A DNA stretch of 54,816 bases, taken from NCBI GenBank assembly GCA_016210485.1, contig JACQUD010000032.1, forward strand, positions 1-54,816. Direction: 5' to 3'. Shown here in pieces: positions 8,657 through 20,197 of the stretch. This stretch comes from Chloroflexota bacterium (lineage in GTDB: Bacteria; Chloroflexota; Dehalococcoidia; JACQUD01). Positions within the stretch are counted from its first letter, which is position 1, and every line of letters begins with the position of its first letter. Below the pieces are notes generated by a model that was not told where the DNA came from, did not search any database, and saw only the letters and a program-made list of their open reading frames with translations. Position numbers and translations under genes: made by a program.

Positions 8657-9595
8657 TTGGCCCTGGACCTCTCGGTGAATCTGGCCCCCAGGCATCCCCG
8701 GGGACTGCCTCTGAGGAACCCGGTGATGACCGCCTCGGGCACCTGCGGCTACGGCCTGGAGCTGGCCGAGGCCATGGATGTCCAGAGGCTAGGGGCTATT
8801 GTCTCCAAGGGAACTACGCTTCACCCCCGCTCTGGCAACCCTCAGCCACGCCTGGCCGAGACAGCCTCCGGCCTCCTCAACTCCATCGGGCTGGAAAACA
8901 TCGGGGTGGAGGCCGTAGTCCGGGACAAAGCCCCGGCCTGGGCCAAGTGGCAAGTTCCTGTAATAGTGAACATCGCCGGGGAGACGGTGGCGGAGTATGC
9001 GGCCATAGCCCGCCGCCTGGAGGGCGTGGCGGGGGTGGCCGCCCTGGAGGTCAACGTAAGCTGCCCCAACGTGGAGACGGGAGGCCTGGAATTCGGCACC
9101 AGCCCCAGCGCGTCGGCCCAGGTCACTGAGGCCGTGCGCCGGGCCACCACCCTTCCCATCATCGTCAAGCTCACCCCCAACGTAACGGACATCCTGGAGG
9201 TGGCCCGGGCGGCGGAGGAGGCCGGCGCCGACGCCCTCACCCTCGTCAACACCCTGCGCGGCATGGCCATAGACAGGGCCAATCGGCGGCCTTTCCTGGG
9301 GGCCATCACCGGGGGCCTCTCCGGCCCGGCCATAAAGCCCGTGGCACTCTACATGGTCTACCGGGTGGCCGGGGCGCTGGATATACCCGTCATCGGCTGC
9401 GGTGGCATCGCCTCCGCCGAGGACGCCCTGGAGTTCTTTATGGCCGGCGCTCGGGCCATCCAGGTGGGGACGGCCACCCTGATTAACCCCGGAGCGCCCC
9501 TGGAAGTGCTGGAGGGCATCGAGCATCTCCTGGAGGCCCAGGGTCTCTCCAGCCTCTCTGAAATCACAGGAGCTGCCCTGCCCAAGAGAGGCTGA
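8657..9595 (+). CDS. pyrD: Dihydroorotate dehydrogenase class 1 catalytic subunit
   Basis: NPVMTASGT, KGTT, GNPQPR, NVSCPNV, VKLTPN, GGLSGPAIKP; TTG start at 8657 after AAGGAG. Confidence 0.95.
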   Translation: MALDLSVNLAPRHPRGLPLRNPVMTASGTCGYGLELAEAMDVQRLGAIVSKGTTLHPRSGNPQPRLAETASGLLNSIGLENIGVEAVVRDKAPAWAKWQVPVIVNIAGETVAEYAAIARRLEGVAGVAALEVNVSCPNVETGGLEFGTSPSASAQVTEAVRRATTLPIIVKLTPNVTDILEVARAAEEAGADALTLVNTLRGMAIDRANRRPFLGAITGGLSGPAIKPVALYMVYRVAGALDIPVIGCGGIASAEDALEFFMAGARAIQVGTATLINPGAPLEVLEGIEHLLEAQGLSSLSEITGAALPKRG

Positions 9596-9598
9596 CCA

Positions 9599-10972
9599 AT
9601 GAAACTCAATCCAAGCTTGCTCAGGCAATGGGATTGGGGCCTGTACTTGCTGATATTCCTGTACATGGGCCTACCCCAAATTTATCGTTCTTACAGCGTT
9701 TATTTGATAGGCAATGCCATCCCTGATACCAATGCCCTCGCAACCGTCGCTCAGTGGCAGTTCATGGAACTCCTGCTAGAGGTCGTCCAGGAGACCTTTG
9801 TGCTGGCAATATTTTTCTTTGTCGGGAGGTCTCTCCAGAACAGTATGAGCCCTGGGTATCCAATTAGAACCGCTTACACCATTATCTTCCTCTTTTCAAC
9901 ATTTATCGCAGCGATCATCTTCGCCCTATCCGGCAGCTTCGTGGACATTATCGGAACGCCGAAGACGATACAAGAAACTACCTCGCTATTTCTGAAGATA
10001 AAGTCTGCTGGCATTCCCATCGTGCTGTTAAGCACAGCCTCTGTGATCATGATCGAGACGATTAACCGGAAGAAGCTGATTCTGGCCACGGCTGTACTGA
10101 GTGTGCTGTACCGTGCGATTCTGGATAGCCTCTTCTACGGTGGCTATCCCTTCTCGCTGAATCTCGGGGTTTTAGGCGTTGCTTGGTCGGACACTATCGC
10201 CGCCCTAGCCTTACTCATAACTATATTCTTTCTAGTCCGGCCCATGATCAGGGAGACAATGGTAAGGTGGAGCGACTTCTTCTCATTCAAAGACTGGAAG
10301 ACCTATGTGAAAGTGGGTTTTGGATCAGGTCTGGATAGTCTGGTGAGAAACTTTGCCTACTTTTTCATGATCGTTCGGCTTCTTAATCTGCTGGGAGAGA
10401 ACGCTATTGGTGGCTACTACCTTGCGATGCACATTTTTTGGAGTTTCCTGCTTGTGCCTATCCTTGCCCTTTCTGAAAGCGCCAAGGTTTTGATAGCTAA
10501 TCACTGCGCAGATTTACACAAAGTGCGAACCCTGTGGGCTGCCTCAATGCTCATTGGAGTCATAATCGTTGTCGCCTGGTTAGTCCTTGTGCCCTTCTGG
10601 CGAGACTTCGCAGAGTTTCTGAATCCCAACGATGAATTTGTCAACTATTCTGTGCGGGCGATGCTAATTCTGCTCATTCCCTATGTCTTGCTTGCATTCA
10701 ACCTTATCACTGACAGCATCTTCTACGGCGTCGGAAGAACCAAGTACATGGCATACCAATCCATAATCACTAATGGAACGGTCTATGTCGCAGCATTCTC
10801 TGCCTACATAGCGGGAGTATGGACGCCAACTTTCAACTCCATCTTATGGCTATTCAGTATGGGAATCCTGGTTGACTCGGCTTTGACCTTGTACTTGGCC
10901 TTTCATGTCCTGTTCCCTAGAGATCAACTAAGAGGCGCAAAGAGAATCCCCGATTTGGCAACACTACCCTAG
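9599..10972 (+). CDS. MATE/MOP-like multi-pass membrane transporter, low-GC gene
   Basis: 457 aa with about 12 hydrophobic segments in two halves; markedly more AT-rich codons than the flanks. Confidence 0.7.
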   Translation: MKLNPSLLRQWDWGLYLLIFLYMGLPQIYRSYSVYLIGNAIPDTNALATVAQWQFMELLLEVVQETFVLAIFFFVGRSLQNSMSPGYPIRTAYTIIFLFSTFIAAIIFALSGSFVDIIGTPKTIQETTSLFLKIKSAGIPIVLLSTASVIMIETINRKKLILATAVLSVLYRAILDSLFYGGYPFSLNLGVLGVAWSDTIAALALLITIFFLVRPMIRETMVRWSDFFSFKDWKTYVKVGFGSGLDSLVRNFAYFFMIVRLLNLLGENAIGGYYLAMHIFWSFLLVPILALSESAKVLIANHCADLHKVRTLWAASMLIGVIIVVAWLVLVPFWRDFAEFLNPNDEFVNYSVRAMLILLIPYVLLAFNLITDSIFYGVGRTKYMAYQSIITNGTVYVAAFSAYIAGVWTPTFNSILWLFSMGILVDSALTLYLAFHVLFPRDQLRGAKRIPDLATLP

Positions 10973-11119
10973 AGTCAACATTTGCCGGGCCTAGTGAGAC
11001 GCCAACCAGAGCCCAGAGAAGGCCGGTGCATAAGGGATGACCTCACCCTACTCACCTTGATTTATGCTGCCTCCTATGATAGCCTTACCGATAAGTGCTC
11101 GAATAAGGTTTCAATGTAA

Positions 11120-12358
11120 ATGCGCATCATCGTCCTAGGGGCGGGCTTCGGCGGGCTGATGGCAGCCCTGGAGTTGGAGAGGCGGCTGCGTCGCGAGCCC
11201 GAGATTGAGGTGGCCCTCATAGACCGTCACCCCTATCACCTGTTCACCCCCATGCTCTTCCAGGTGGTGGCTGGGGAGGTAGAGCCAGGGCACATCGCCT
11301 ATCCCCTGCGCTGGCTGATGCGGGGCAAGAAGCTGAAGTTTTACGAGCGTGAGATACGCCACATAGACTTGGCCAACAAGAAAGTGCTCCTGGATGACGC
11401 CGAGCTGGACTATGATTACCTGGTCATGGGACTGGGAAGCATCACCAATTTCTTCGGCGTGCCCAAGGCAGAAAGCAACGCCTTCCCGGTAAAAAGCCTC
11501 CGAGAGGCCATGGCCATCAAGCACCGCATCATTGACGCCTTCGGCCAGGCCGAGGCCGAGCCCCGTCCCGAGGTCCGTCGCAGGCTACTCAGCTTCAGCG
11601 TAGTGGGCGGGGGAGCCACCGGTGTAGAGTTGGTGGCATCATTGCACGATCTGTTTCATCAGGTCCTGTCCCGAGATTACCCCCGCATCAACCCCAACGA
11701 GGTGTCCCTCTTCCTGGCCGAGGCCTCCTTCTCTCTCCTGGCGGGGATGGACCCTGGCATGGGCCAAATAACTTTGAAGAAGCTCCGGGTCAAGGGCGTG
11801 GACATCCACATGGGATGCCGCATCGTGGGCATTGATGAGGGCGGCATACACACCGCGGACGCCGCTTTCTTCCCCTGCCACACAGTCATCTGGGCCACGG
11901 GCATCAGACCCAACCCCCTCACGGAGCCCCTCCCCGTGCTCAAGGCCAAGGACGGACGGATCATAGTCCAGGACACCCTGGAGGCCCCCCAATGGCCCGG
12001 GGTCTACATTGTAGGAGACATCGCCTGTTTCCTGAACAAGGCCACAGAGACCCCCCTCCCTTGCAAAGCGGCGGTGGCGGCCCAAGAAGGGAGGGCCGCA
12101 GCCCAAAACATACTGCGCTCCCTCCGTGGACTGGACACTCTACCTTTCCATTACCGATACGAGGGCGACCTGGTGGCTCTGGGTCGTAACGCCTCGGTGG
12201 CCAGGGTCGCCAGGAGGTGCTTCGATGGTTTCCCAGCCTGGTTCCTGTGGCGCATCGTCCACCTTCAGAAGCTGCCCGGGTTCCGCAACCGAGTGAGCGT
12301 GGCCCTGGACTGGACCTTCGATTATCTCCTCCGCCGAGACACCATGAGGCTTGAGTAG
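11120..12358 (+). CDS. ndh: Type II NADH:quinone oxidoreductase family flavoprotein
   Basis: GAGFGG, HLFTPML, YDYLVMGLGS, VVGGGATGVE, VIWATG, GDIA, AAQEG. Confidence 0.9.
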   Translation: MRIIVLGAGFGGLMAALELERRLRREPEIEVALIDRHPYHLFTPMLFQVVAGEVEPGHIAYPLRWLMRGKKLKFYEREIRHIDLANKKVLLDDAELDYDYLVMGLGSITNFFGVPKAESNAFPVKSLREAMAIKHRIIDAFGQAEAEPRPEVRRRLLSFSVVGGGATGVELVASLHDLFHQVLSRDYPRINPNEVSLFLAEASFSLLAGMDPGMGQITLKKLRVKGVDIHMGCRIVGIDEGGIHTADAAFFPCHTVIWATGIRPNPLTEPLPVLKAKDGRIIVQDTLEAPQWPGVYIVGDIACFLNKATETPLPCKAAVAAQEGRAAAQNILRSLRGLDTLPFHYRYEGDLVALGRNASVARVARRCFDGFPAWFLWRIVHLQKLPGFRNRVSVALDWTFDYLLRRDTMRLE

Positions 12359-12385
12359 CCGGCCTAGATGCCCCAGCCTGGGGTC

Positions 12386-12414
12386 TTGACGAGAGCCCGA
12401 GAAAGATGTATAAA
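12386..12414 (+). promoter_or_regulatory. Sigma70-type promoter of groESL
   Basis: TTGACG (12386-12391), 17 nt spacer, TATAAA (12409-12414), with TG extension. Confidence 0.8.
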
Positions 12415-12419
12415 TTAGG

Positions 12420-12446
12420 TTAGCACTCTCAGGGACGGAGTGCTAA
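12420..12446. promoter_or_regulatory. CIRCE element (HrcA operator)
   Basis: Perfect TTAGCACTC-N9-GAGTGCTAA upstream of groES. Confidence 0.97.
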
Positions 12447-12477
12447 CCAAGTTGAATTCCGAGGGAGGAGGTGTTAT

Positions 12478-12771
12478 ATGGCTATCAATCTGGAGCCATT
12501 GGCCGACCGGGTGGTGGTGCGGCCCCTGAAGAAAGAAGAGGTAACCAAAGGGGGCATCCTCATCCCTGACACAGCCAAAGAGAGGCCCCAAGAGGGCGAG
12601 GTCATCGCCGTGGGCCCGGGCCGGCTGGACGACAAGGGCAAACGCATCACCCTGGAGGTGAAGGCGGGCGACAAAATCCTCTTCGCCAAGTTCGCCGGAA
12701 CAGAGTTCAAAGCCGACGAAGACGAGCTAATCGTCCTCAGGGAGAGCGACATCCTGGCTCGGATAACCTAG
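12478..12771 (+). CDS. groES: Co-chaperonin GroES
   Basis: LEPLADRVVV, TKGGILIPDTAKERP, AVGPG, ESDILA. Confidence 0.98.
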   Translation: MAINLEPLADRVVVRPLKKEEVTKGGILIPDTAKERPQEGEVIAVGPGRLDDKGKRITLEVKAGDKILFAKFAGTEFKADEDELIVLRESDILARIT

Positions 12772-12810
12772 CCGGGACAGAACTGATAGAGATAATAGAG
12801 ATAGTAGTAG

Positions 12811-14445
<1,635 letters not shown>

Positions 14446-14463
14446 GCCGTAACCTCGTAGCAA

Positions 14464-14501
14464 AAGAAGAGGGGCCTCCCCTTCGGGGAGGCCCTCTTCT
14501 T
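14464..14501. terminator. Intrinsic (probably bidirectional) terminator after groEL
   Basis: AAGAAGAGGGGCCTCCCC-TTCG-GGGAGGCCCTCTTCTT hairpin. Confidence 0.85.
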
Positions 14502-14523
14502 AACTATCTCTCCCAGGCATCCC

Positions 14524-14667
14524 TTAGGGGGATTGCTGACCCTGTTGCCGCTGTCCCCCGTAGGAGCCCCCACCGAAGAAACCAGCCCCCTCAGACATGA
14601 TGAGGATAGACCTGGCTATAACGGCGCCGTCCTCACCACGTTGGCCAACCACCGTTGCCCTCAGGCC
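14524..14667 (-). pseudogene. 3' remnant of a DUF5666-like gene
   Basis: Startless frame GLRATVVGQRGEDGAVIARSILIMSEGAGFFGGGSYGGQRQQGQQSP*; resembles the V-x-G-x4-DG-x3-A-x2-I motif plus Gly/Gln tail. Confidence 0.45.
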
Positions 14668-14706
14668 TCAGGATACCTACCTACAATCCTCAAAGAAAGA
14701 GGATTG

Positions 14707-15489
14707 CTACCGCTGGAAATGAGGAGGACGCCCCTCCAGGACGGACTGGACACCCTCCCGGGCATCCTGAGAAGTGAGAGCCTGGGCCAGGAGACGGCTT
14801 TCCAGAGCCAGCCCCGCCTCCAGGCTCAAGTCCAACCCCCGCACCACCGCCGCCTTGGCCAGCCGCACCGCCACGGGGCTCAGGGACAGGATTCTGCTAG
14901 CCATCTCCTGAGCTGTCGGCAGGAGCCGGGGGCGGGGAACCACCCGATTCACCAGCCCAAGGCGCAGCGCCTCTCCAGCACCGATGCGATCCCCCAAGAG
15001 GACCATCTCCATGGCCTTGCCCAAGGGTATGTGGCGGGGCAGAGTCTGAGTGCCTCCGGCGGTGGGCACCATCCCCAACCCCACCTCGGGCAGGCCGAAC
15101 TGGGCCTCCTCCGAAGCCACCCTGAGGTCGCAGCACAGGGCCATCTCTACCCCCGCCCCCAGGGCGTAGCCATGAATGGCAGCGATGAGGGGTTTCTCCT
15201 GAGCCAGGAACAACCCCCATAGATCCCGCTGCCAGCGCACCCGGCGGGCGATGGCCCGAGAGGGGGCAGTGCCAAACTCAGATATATCGGCGCCAGCACA
15301 GAAGGCGCGCTCCCCAACCCCCTGGAGTATGACGGCCTGGACATCAGGGTCCTCAGCCACGGACCCCAAGACCGCGTAAAGCTCGTCCCGCATTTGGATG
15401 CTGACGGCATTCAGTGCCTGGGGCCGATTCAAAGTTATATAAGCAAGGGGTCCTTCCTTGGAGTAGAGGATAGTCTGAAAAGGAGGCAT
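14707..15489 (-). CDS. Enoyl-CoA hydratase/isomerase (crotonase) family protein
   Basis: TLNRPQALNA, AFCAGADISE, GAGVEMAL, GLPEVGLG (both catalytic Glu positions present). Confidence 0.93.
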   Translation of the reverse strand: MPPFQTILYSKEGPLAYITLNRPQALNAVSIQMRDELYAVLGSVAEDPDVQAVILQGVGERAFCAGADISEFGTAPSRAIARRVRWQRDLWGLFLAQEKPLIAAIHGYALGAGVEMALCCDLRVASEEAQFGLPEVGLGMVPTAGGTQTLPRHIPLGKAMEMVLLGDRIGAGEALRLGLVNRVVPRPRLLPTAQEMASRILSLSPVAVRLAKAAVVRGLDLSLEAGLALESRLLAQALTSQDAREGVQSVLEGRPPHFQR

Positions 15490-15493
15490 GGCC

Positions 15494-16051
15494 TTAGGGG
15501 TCTACGGCCCGATCCATGAGCTCTCGCAAAGATACGACGTTATGCCTGGAACCTATCCTGTTAAGCGCATGGGCATCGCTATTGGTCAGCATGAGCAGCC
15601 CTTTCTCCCGGGCATACTCGCGGGCCTTCTCTTTAGCTATCTCGTACCCGTGGAGGGCGTTATCCACCTCAATGCCCTGCACCTCCCCCACCTCGTGGAA
15701 AGAGCGCTCTACCAGTTCCCTGGGGTGAACCCAGAACCGAAAGACTTTGTTATTGGGCAAATAGAGCTCCACCTGCTCCTCCCTCACACCCCTGGCCCAC
15801 TCCCTGCCAGGGAGGATAAGGATATCATCATCGAAATGGGCCTTGGCCATCTCCATGAAACGGTAGCCATACTCCCGGTCCCAGTGCTCGGTGTCGGCGA
15901 TGCCGTCCAGGCCTGCCTCTTTGATGCGGTCCAGTACCTTCCGCACCACATCTGGGCTGGGCTGATAGTATCCCAGACACTCATAGACGTGGCAGTGCAA
16001 ATCCAACTTCAGCTTCTTATCCAAGTTCTCCGGAGCAAAGAAATCTTTCAC
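15494..16051 (-). CDS. PHP-domain metallophosphoesterase
   Basis: DLHCH, GIADTEH, GRE, VHP, NSDAH metal-ligand motifs. Confidence 0.85.
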   Translation of the reverse strand: MKDFFAPENLDKKLKLDLHCHVYECLGYYQPSPDVVRKVLDRIKEAGLDGIADTEHWDREYGYRFMEMAKAHFDDDILILPGREWARGVREEQVELYLPNNKVFRFWVHPRELVERSFHEVGEVQGIEVDNALHGYEIAKEKAREYAREKGLLMLTNSDAHALNRIGSRHNVVSLRELMDRAVDP

Positions 16052-16060
16052 TGCTGAGAC

Positions 16061-16843
16061 TCATCCCCCCTTGAAACGCGGAGACCTTTTCTCTAGAAAG
16101 GCGCGGATGCCCTCATCCCGGTCGGCAGTGGTCTGAAGTATAATAGAGAGGTCTGCCTCCAGGCGCAGCCCTTGATCCAGAGGGGCATCCATCCCCTTAG
16201 CCACTGATTCTTTGGCGTAAGTTACAGCGATGGGGGCCCGCTCCAGTATGCGCCTGGCCATCTCCTCGGCCCCTGCCAGGGCGTCACCACGGGGAGTCAA
16301 ACGGTTGACCAATCCCAAGCTCAAGGCTTGGGCGGCATCCAGGGTCTCAGCGATGAGCAACATCTCCAGGGCTTTGCCCCGTCCCACCAGTCGAGGCAGG
16401 CGTTGGGTGCCGCCTCCCGCAGGGATGAGGCCCATGGCTACCTGGGGGAGAGAGAAGCGAGCCTCCTGAGAGGCCACCCTCAGATCGCAACACAGAGCCA
16501 GCTCCAAGCCAGCGCCTATAGCATCCCCCTCTATGGCAGCGATGATGGGCAGCCGCAGGCCGGCCAGCGCAACAGTAGCCTGCCGGGCCGGCGGCCATCG
16601 CCGCTGCTCCATAGCCCCCCCCCAACCACGCCGATACTCCTCCAGGTCCTCTCCACAGCAGAAGATTCCCCCCGCTCCAGCCAGCAAAACGAGGCGCGCC
16701 TCATCGTCATCGGTTATCTGCTGACAGGCCTCGGCTATCTCCTCAGCCATTGCCATATCCAGGAGATTGCCTCGCTGAGGGCGGTTCAGGATAAGATAGC
16801 AAACTGCATCTCGTTTCTCTACGAGAATAGCCTGATAACGCAA
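16061..16843 (-). CDS. Enoyl-CoA hydratase/isomerase family protein
   Basis: LNRP, FCCGEDL, GAGLELAL, LPQVAMG; TTG start at 16843 after GGAG. Confidence 0.9.
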   Translation of the reverse strand: MRYQAILVEKRDAVCYLILNRPQRGNLLDMAMAEEIAEACQQITDDDEARLVLLAGAGGIFCCGEDLEEYRRGWGGAMEQRRWPPARQATVALAGLRLPIIAAIEGDAIGAGLELALCCDLRVASQEARFSLPQVAMGLIPAGGGTQRLPRLVGRGKALEMLLIAETLDAAQALSLGLVNRLTPRGDALAGAEEMARRILERAPIAVTYAKESVAKGMDAPLDQGLRLEADLSIILQTTADRDEGIRAFLEKRSPRFKGG

Positions 16844-17035
16844 TCCGCTCCTAAAACTTGAGTTGGAAGATTTGCTCCCATGATAAGGCGAGATAGCTTT
16901 AAGTGTCAAGGGAGATAGGTTGTTTCCCCCAGTTGACTTCCTGATTGCCTTAACTTACTATCTAGCTATCCACATAAAGCAGGAATGGGTCCGCGTAAAG
17001 CAGGCTCTTTTGTTTAAAGACTTACCTCTACGCAA

Positions 17036-18307
17036 GTGAAAACAAGCACTGAGACCCTCCCCAGGGTCAAAATCTTCTACGGTTGGTGGGTAGTCTTGGC
17101 GTGCTCTCTCCTCATGTTCTATAACGCGGGCACCTTCTTCTACGCCTTCAGTGCTTTCTTCAATCCTATCAGGGCGTCCCTGACTCTTTCCGCCACCGCA
17201 GTAGCAGCGGCTTTCTCTATGAGGAGCCTGGAGGGGGGCATAATGTCGCCGGCTGTCGGTTTCGTGGTGGACAGGGCCGGACCCCGAAAGATGATACTAT
17301 TCGGCTCACTGATTGCGGGCTTGAGCATGATGTGGCTCAGCCGTGCTGACTCTTTGCTCACCTTCTATACCCCTTTTATACTACTCTCGTTAGGCACCAG
17401 CTTCAGCTCCGGCATCGTAGGAATGGCCACTATATCCAGGTGGTTCGTGCGCCGACGGGGCCTGGCCCTGGGCGTTTATGCCTCTGGGGCGGGGTTAGGG
17501 GGCCTCTTGGTACCAGTGATGATCTGGCTCATCGACCGCTACGACTGGCGGAATACCTTGATAATAACCGGAGTAGGATTCTGTATCTTGGGTGTCCTGG
17601 TGGCCTTGGTGGTACGACAACGACCCGAGCAGATGGGCCTGCTGCCCGATGGGGACCATTCGGGGGAGGGTATCTCATCGACAAAGGCCCAAGGGACTGA
17701 AGAGGTCAATTTCAGCGTGTCCCAAGCCTTAAGGACGCGCACCTTCTGGCTTCTATCCATATCCATAATGGCGGCGGCCATGGCTCCCCAAGCCCTAGCC
17801 ACTGTTCAAATCCCCTATCTGGAAAGTGTAAAAATAGACGAGACTCTAGCAGGGTTCGTAATCTCGGCGATGACTGTTATCAGCGTCTTGGGAAGGATGG
17901 CCTTCGGCTGGCTAGCAGACTTCAAGGATAAAAGCTATATCATGGCGGTAGCCTTGGGCCTTGAGGCCTTGGGGCTATTCCTCCTGGCTAGCATCGTAGC
18001 GCCGTGGATGCTCTTTCTCTTCTTAGCGACCTACGCCCCGGCCTATGGGGGCGTCATCTCCATGAGGCCGGCCATCGTGGCCGATTACTACGGGAGAAAG
18101 GCTGTGGGTTCCATCCAGGGCACTTTGTGGAGCATCATGACGGTAGGGGGTGTGGTAAGTCCTCTCCTTGTAGCTTGGATATTCGAGAATTGGGGCAGCT
18201 ACCGGCCCGCCTTCTATATCCTGGCTATTCTGACTGCCCTGGCCACGCCGCTTATGTTCCTCGCCCGGCGGCCACCCCGACCCAGCTCCAGAGTTGCTTC
18301 AGCATAG
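17036..18307 (+). CDS. MFS transporter (OFA/MCT-like)
   Basis: FYGWWVV, DRAGPR, RWFVRRRGLALG, GWLAD, 12 TM pattern. Confidence 0.9.
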   Translation: MKTSTETLPRVKIFYGWWVVLACSLLMFYNAGTFFYAFSAFFNPIRASLTLSATAVAAAFSMRSLEGGIMSPAVGFVVDRAGPRKMILFGSLIAGLSMMWLSRADSLLTFYTPFILLSLGTSFSSGIVGMATISRWFVRRRGLALGVYASGAGLGGLLVPVMIWLIDRYDWRNTLIITGVGFCILGVLVALVVRQRPEQMGLLPDGDHSGEGISSTKAQGTEEVNFSVSQALRTRTFWLLSISIMAAAMAPQALATVQIPYLESVKIDETLAGFVISAMTVISVLGRMAFGWLADFKDKSYIMAVALGLEALGLFLLASIVAPWMLFLFLATYAPAYGGVISMRPAIVADYYGRKAVGSIQGTLWSIMTVGGVVSPLLVAWIFENWGSYRPAFYILAILTALATPLMFLARRPPRPSSRVASA

Positions 18308-18333
18308 GCTGCTAAACACTGGAACCTCGGAGT

Positions 18334-19245
18334 TTAGAGCCAGTCGATCTTTCTGAAAATGATGATGCCGAGCCCGACAAGCACGACCTGGAACAAAATA
18401 ACCGCCGGGTAGGCCCACGCGAACTTCAACTCTGGCATATCTCTGAAGTTCATGCCGAAGTGGCTAGCTATCAGCGTGGGTATCATAAGGATGACAGTGA
18501 TGGCGGTGAGCTTCTTCATCACATCGGTCAGCTTCTCAATTCTCAGGTTGAGTTGGGTGGACATCTGTAGCTCCCGGTTCCGCGCCATCTCCCGAAGCGC
18601 GTCCAGCCGCCGACGGATGCGGCCCCCAAGGCTTTCGCCCTCGGCTGTGAGGACGCTATAGTCAAAGGAGATGAACTCGGCGTCCACCTGCTTTATTCCC
18701 CTCTCCTGGAGCTTGAGCAGCAGGTCACTGAACTCCTCCAATCGATCATCCAAGCGCTCCAGCTCCAGGGAGAGTTCCCTGTGTTGCTGAGGGTCGAAGC
18801 TCTGCTCCATCTCCCTGGCCTGGCTGATGATGGTCTCGAACTTGGCCCGATAGCTATCCAGCACCTTGTGAAGGGTCAGAAAGGTAAGGACGGTGCTCAG
18901 GCCATAGGGTCGGGCCAGCAGAGCCCGGAAGGGTTCGAAGGCATCGGCCTCGGGAGGTTCCCTGGAAAAGAGGAAGGCCTTTTGCTCGGTCAGGAAGAGC
19001 AGGTTGTCCGGGTTGCCGTTCTCCTCCTTGACGTTGAGGATCAGGTGCTGGGCCGAGCGTTCCAAAAAGTTACTTTGCAAGTTTATGACGGACTCGAAGT
19101 CAAAAACAATCCCCGTCTCCGCTTCCACAGCTTGGGAAAAGGCTGGCAGGTCATCGAACAGTTGAAGGCTCCCTCTTTGCAGAAAAGCCTTGATGGAGCT
19201 ATCGCCAGCAGGTGGGTAGCGCCGGGTTACATGGATATGACTCAC
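18334..19245 (-). CDS. CorA-family divalent cation transporter
   Basis: C-terminal MKKLT...IPTLIASHFGMNF..MPEL..W.YP two-TM signature (GMN motif). Confidence 0.9.
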   Translation of the reverse strand: MSHIHVTRRYPPAGDSSIKAFLQRGSLQLFDDLPAFSQAVEAETGIVFDFESVINLQSNFLERSAQHLILNVKEENGNPDNLLFLTEQKAFLFSREPPEADAFEPFRALLARPYGLSTVLTFLTLHKVLDSYRAKFETIISQAREMEQSFDPQQHRELSLELERLDDRLEEFSDLLLKLQERGIKQVDAEFISFDYSVLTAEGESLGGRIRRRLDALREMARNRELQMSTQLNLRIEKLTDVMKKLTAITVILMIPTLIASHFGMNFRDMPELKFAWAYPAVILFQVVLVGLGIIIFRKIDWL

Positions 19246-19402
19246 AGCAATCTCCCAACATAGCTGCTTCCATTATATACTTCCTCACTAAAAGAGTCCG
19301 CCGAGCCAAATTAGGCATAGCTAGAGAAATAGAGCCAAAAGCGGCTCAGCTTTTCTTCCTAATGATCAGGGCTCCTTTCAAGACAGGGAATCAGGGAAAG
19401 CG

Positions 19403-20197
19403 TCACCGACCTTGAAAGATGGGGGGGCGTTTCTGAAAGAGGGCCCGCACCCCTTCAGCGTGATCCCGAGTCTGAAAGAGGCCTTGGATAGCCAGGGCCT
19501 CCGCCTCCACTTGTGAGGGGAGATCAGCGTAGAGGCCTTGATGCATGAGGCGCTTGATGATGGGAAGGGACAGGGGTGGCCCGGCAGCGATAGTGCGAGC
19601 CAGCTCGTAGGTGGCGGCATGGAGCCTGTCGTTAGGCACCACCGAGTTCACTAGCCCGATGCGTTCCGCCTCCCGGGCATCCCAGCTCCGGCCAGTGAGG
19701 GTCAGTTCTAATGCCCGGGACAGCCCGATTAGGCGGGGAAGGATGTAAGTAGAGCCACATTCTGAGCTGAGCCCAAGGCGGAGATGCCCGGTGCCGAATC
19801 TGGTATCCTCGGCGGCGATGCGCAGATCGCAGTTCAGGGCGATGCTGAAGCCCAGGCCCATGACAGCGCCGTGAAGAGAGGCAATAACGGGCTGAGGCAT
19901 GCCCCGCAAGATAAAAGGCACGCGCCGGCGAAAGTCAGGATGGAACACCCCAGCCTCACCCCTCTCTCGGGCCTCCACTAGGGCCATGAAGCCATCCAGG
20001 TCGCCCCCGGAGCAGAAAGCCTTCCCTGCCCCCCCCACCACTACCACCCTTACCTCCGAGTCGTGGCCCAGGGTCTCCATAGCCTCCATAAATTCGTGGC
20101 CCATGGCCTCGTGGACGGCGTTGAGCTTATCGGGCCGGTTCAAGGTAAGGGTAGCTATCCCAGCCTCTTTCTCCATCAGGATATACTCGTATTTCAA
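19403..20197 (-). CDS. Crotonase-family protein, PaaG-like isomerase type
   Basis: TLNRPDKLNA, AFCSGGDL; the two hydratase Glu positions read GLGFS and TGHL, with an acidic residue in GLSSECG. Confidence 0.88.
   Translation of the reverse strand: MKYEYILMEKEAGIATLTLNRPDKLNAVHEAMGHEFMEAMETLGHDSEVRVVVVGGAGKAFCSGGDLDGFMALVEARERGEAGVFHPDFRRRVPFILRGMPQPVIASLHGAVMGLGFSIALNCDLRIAAEDTRFGTGHLRLGLSSECGSTYILPRLIGLSRALELTLTGRSWDAREAERIGLVNSVVPNDRLHAATYELARTIAAGPPLSLPIIKRLMHQGLYADLPSQVEAEALAIQGLFQTRDHAEGVRALFQKRPPIFQGR

Noticed and set aside
14533-15222. 229-aa + strand ORF
   Set aside because: Antisense shadow of the crotonase gene in GC-rich DNA; no motifs.
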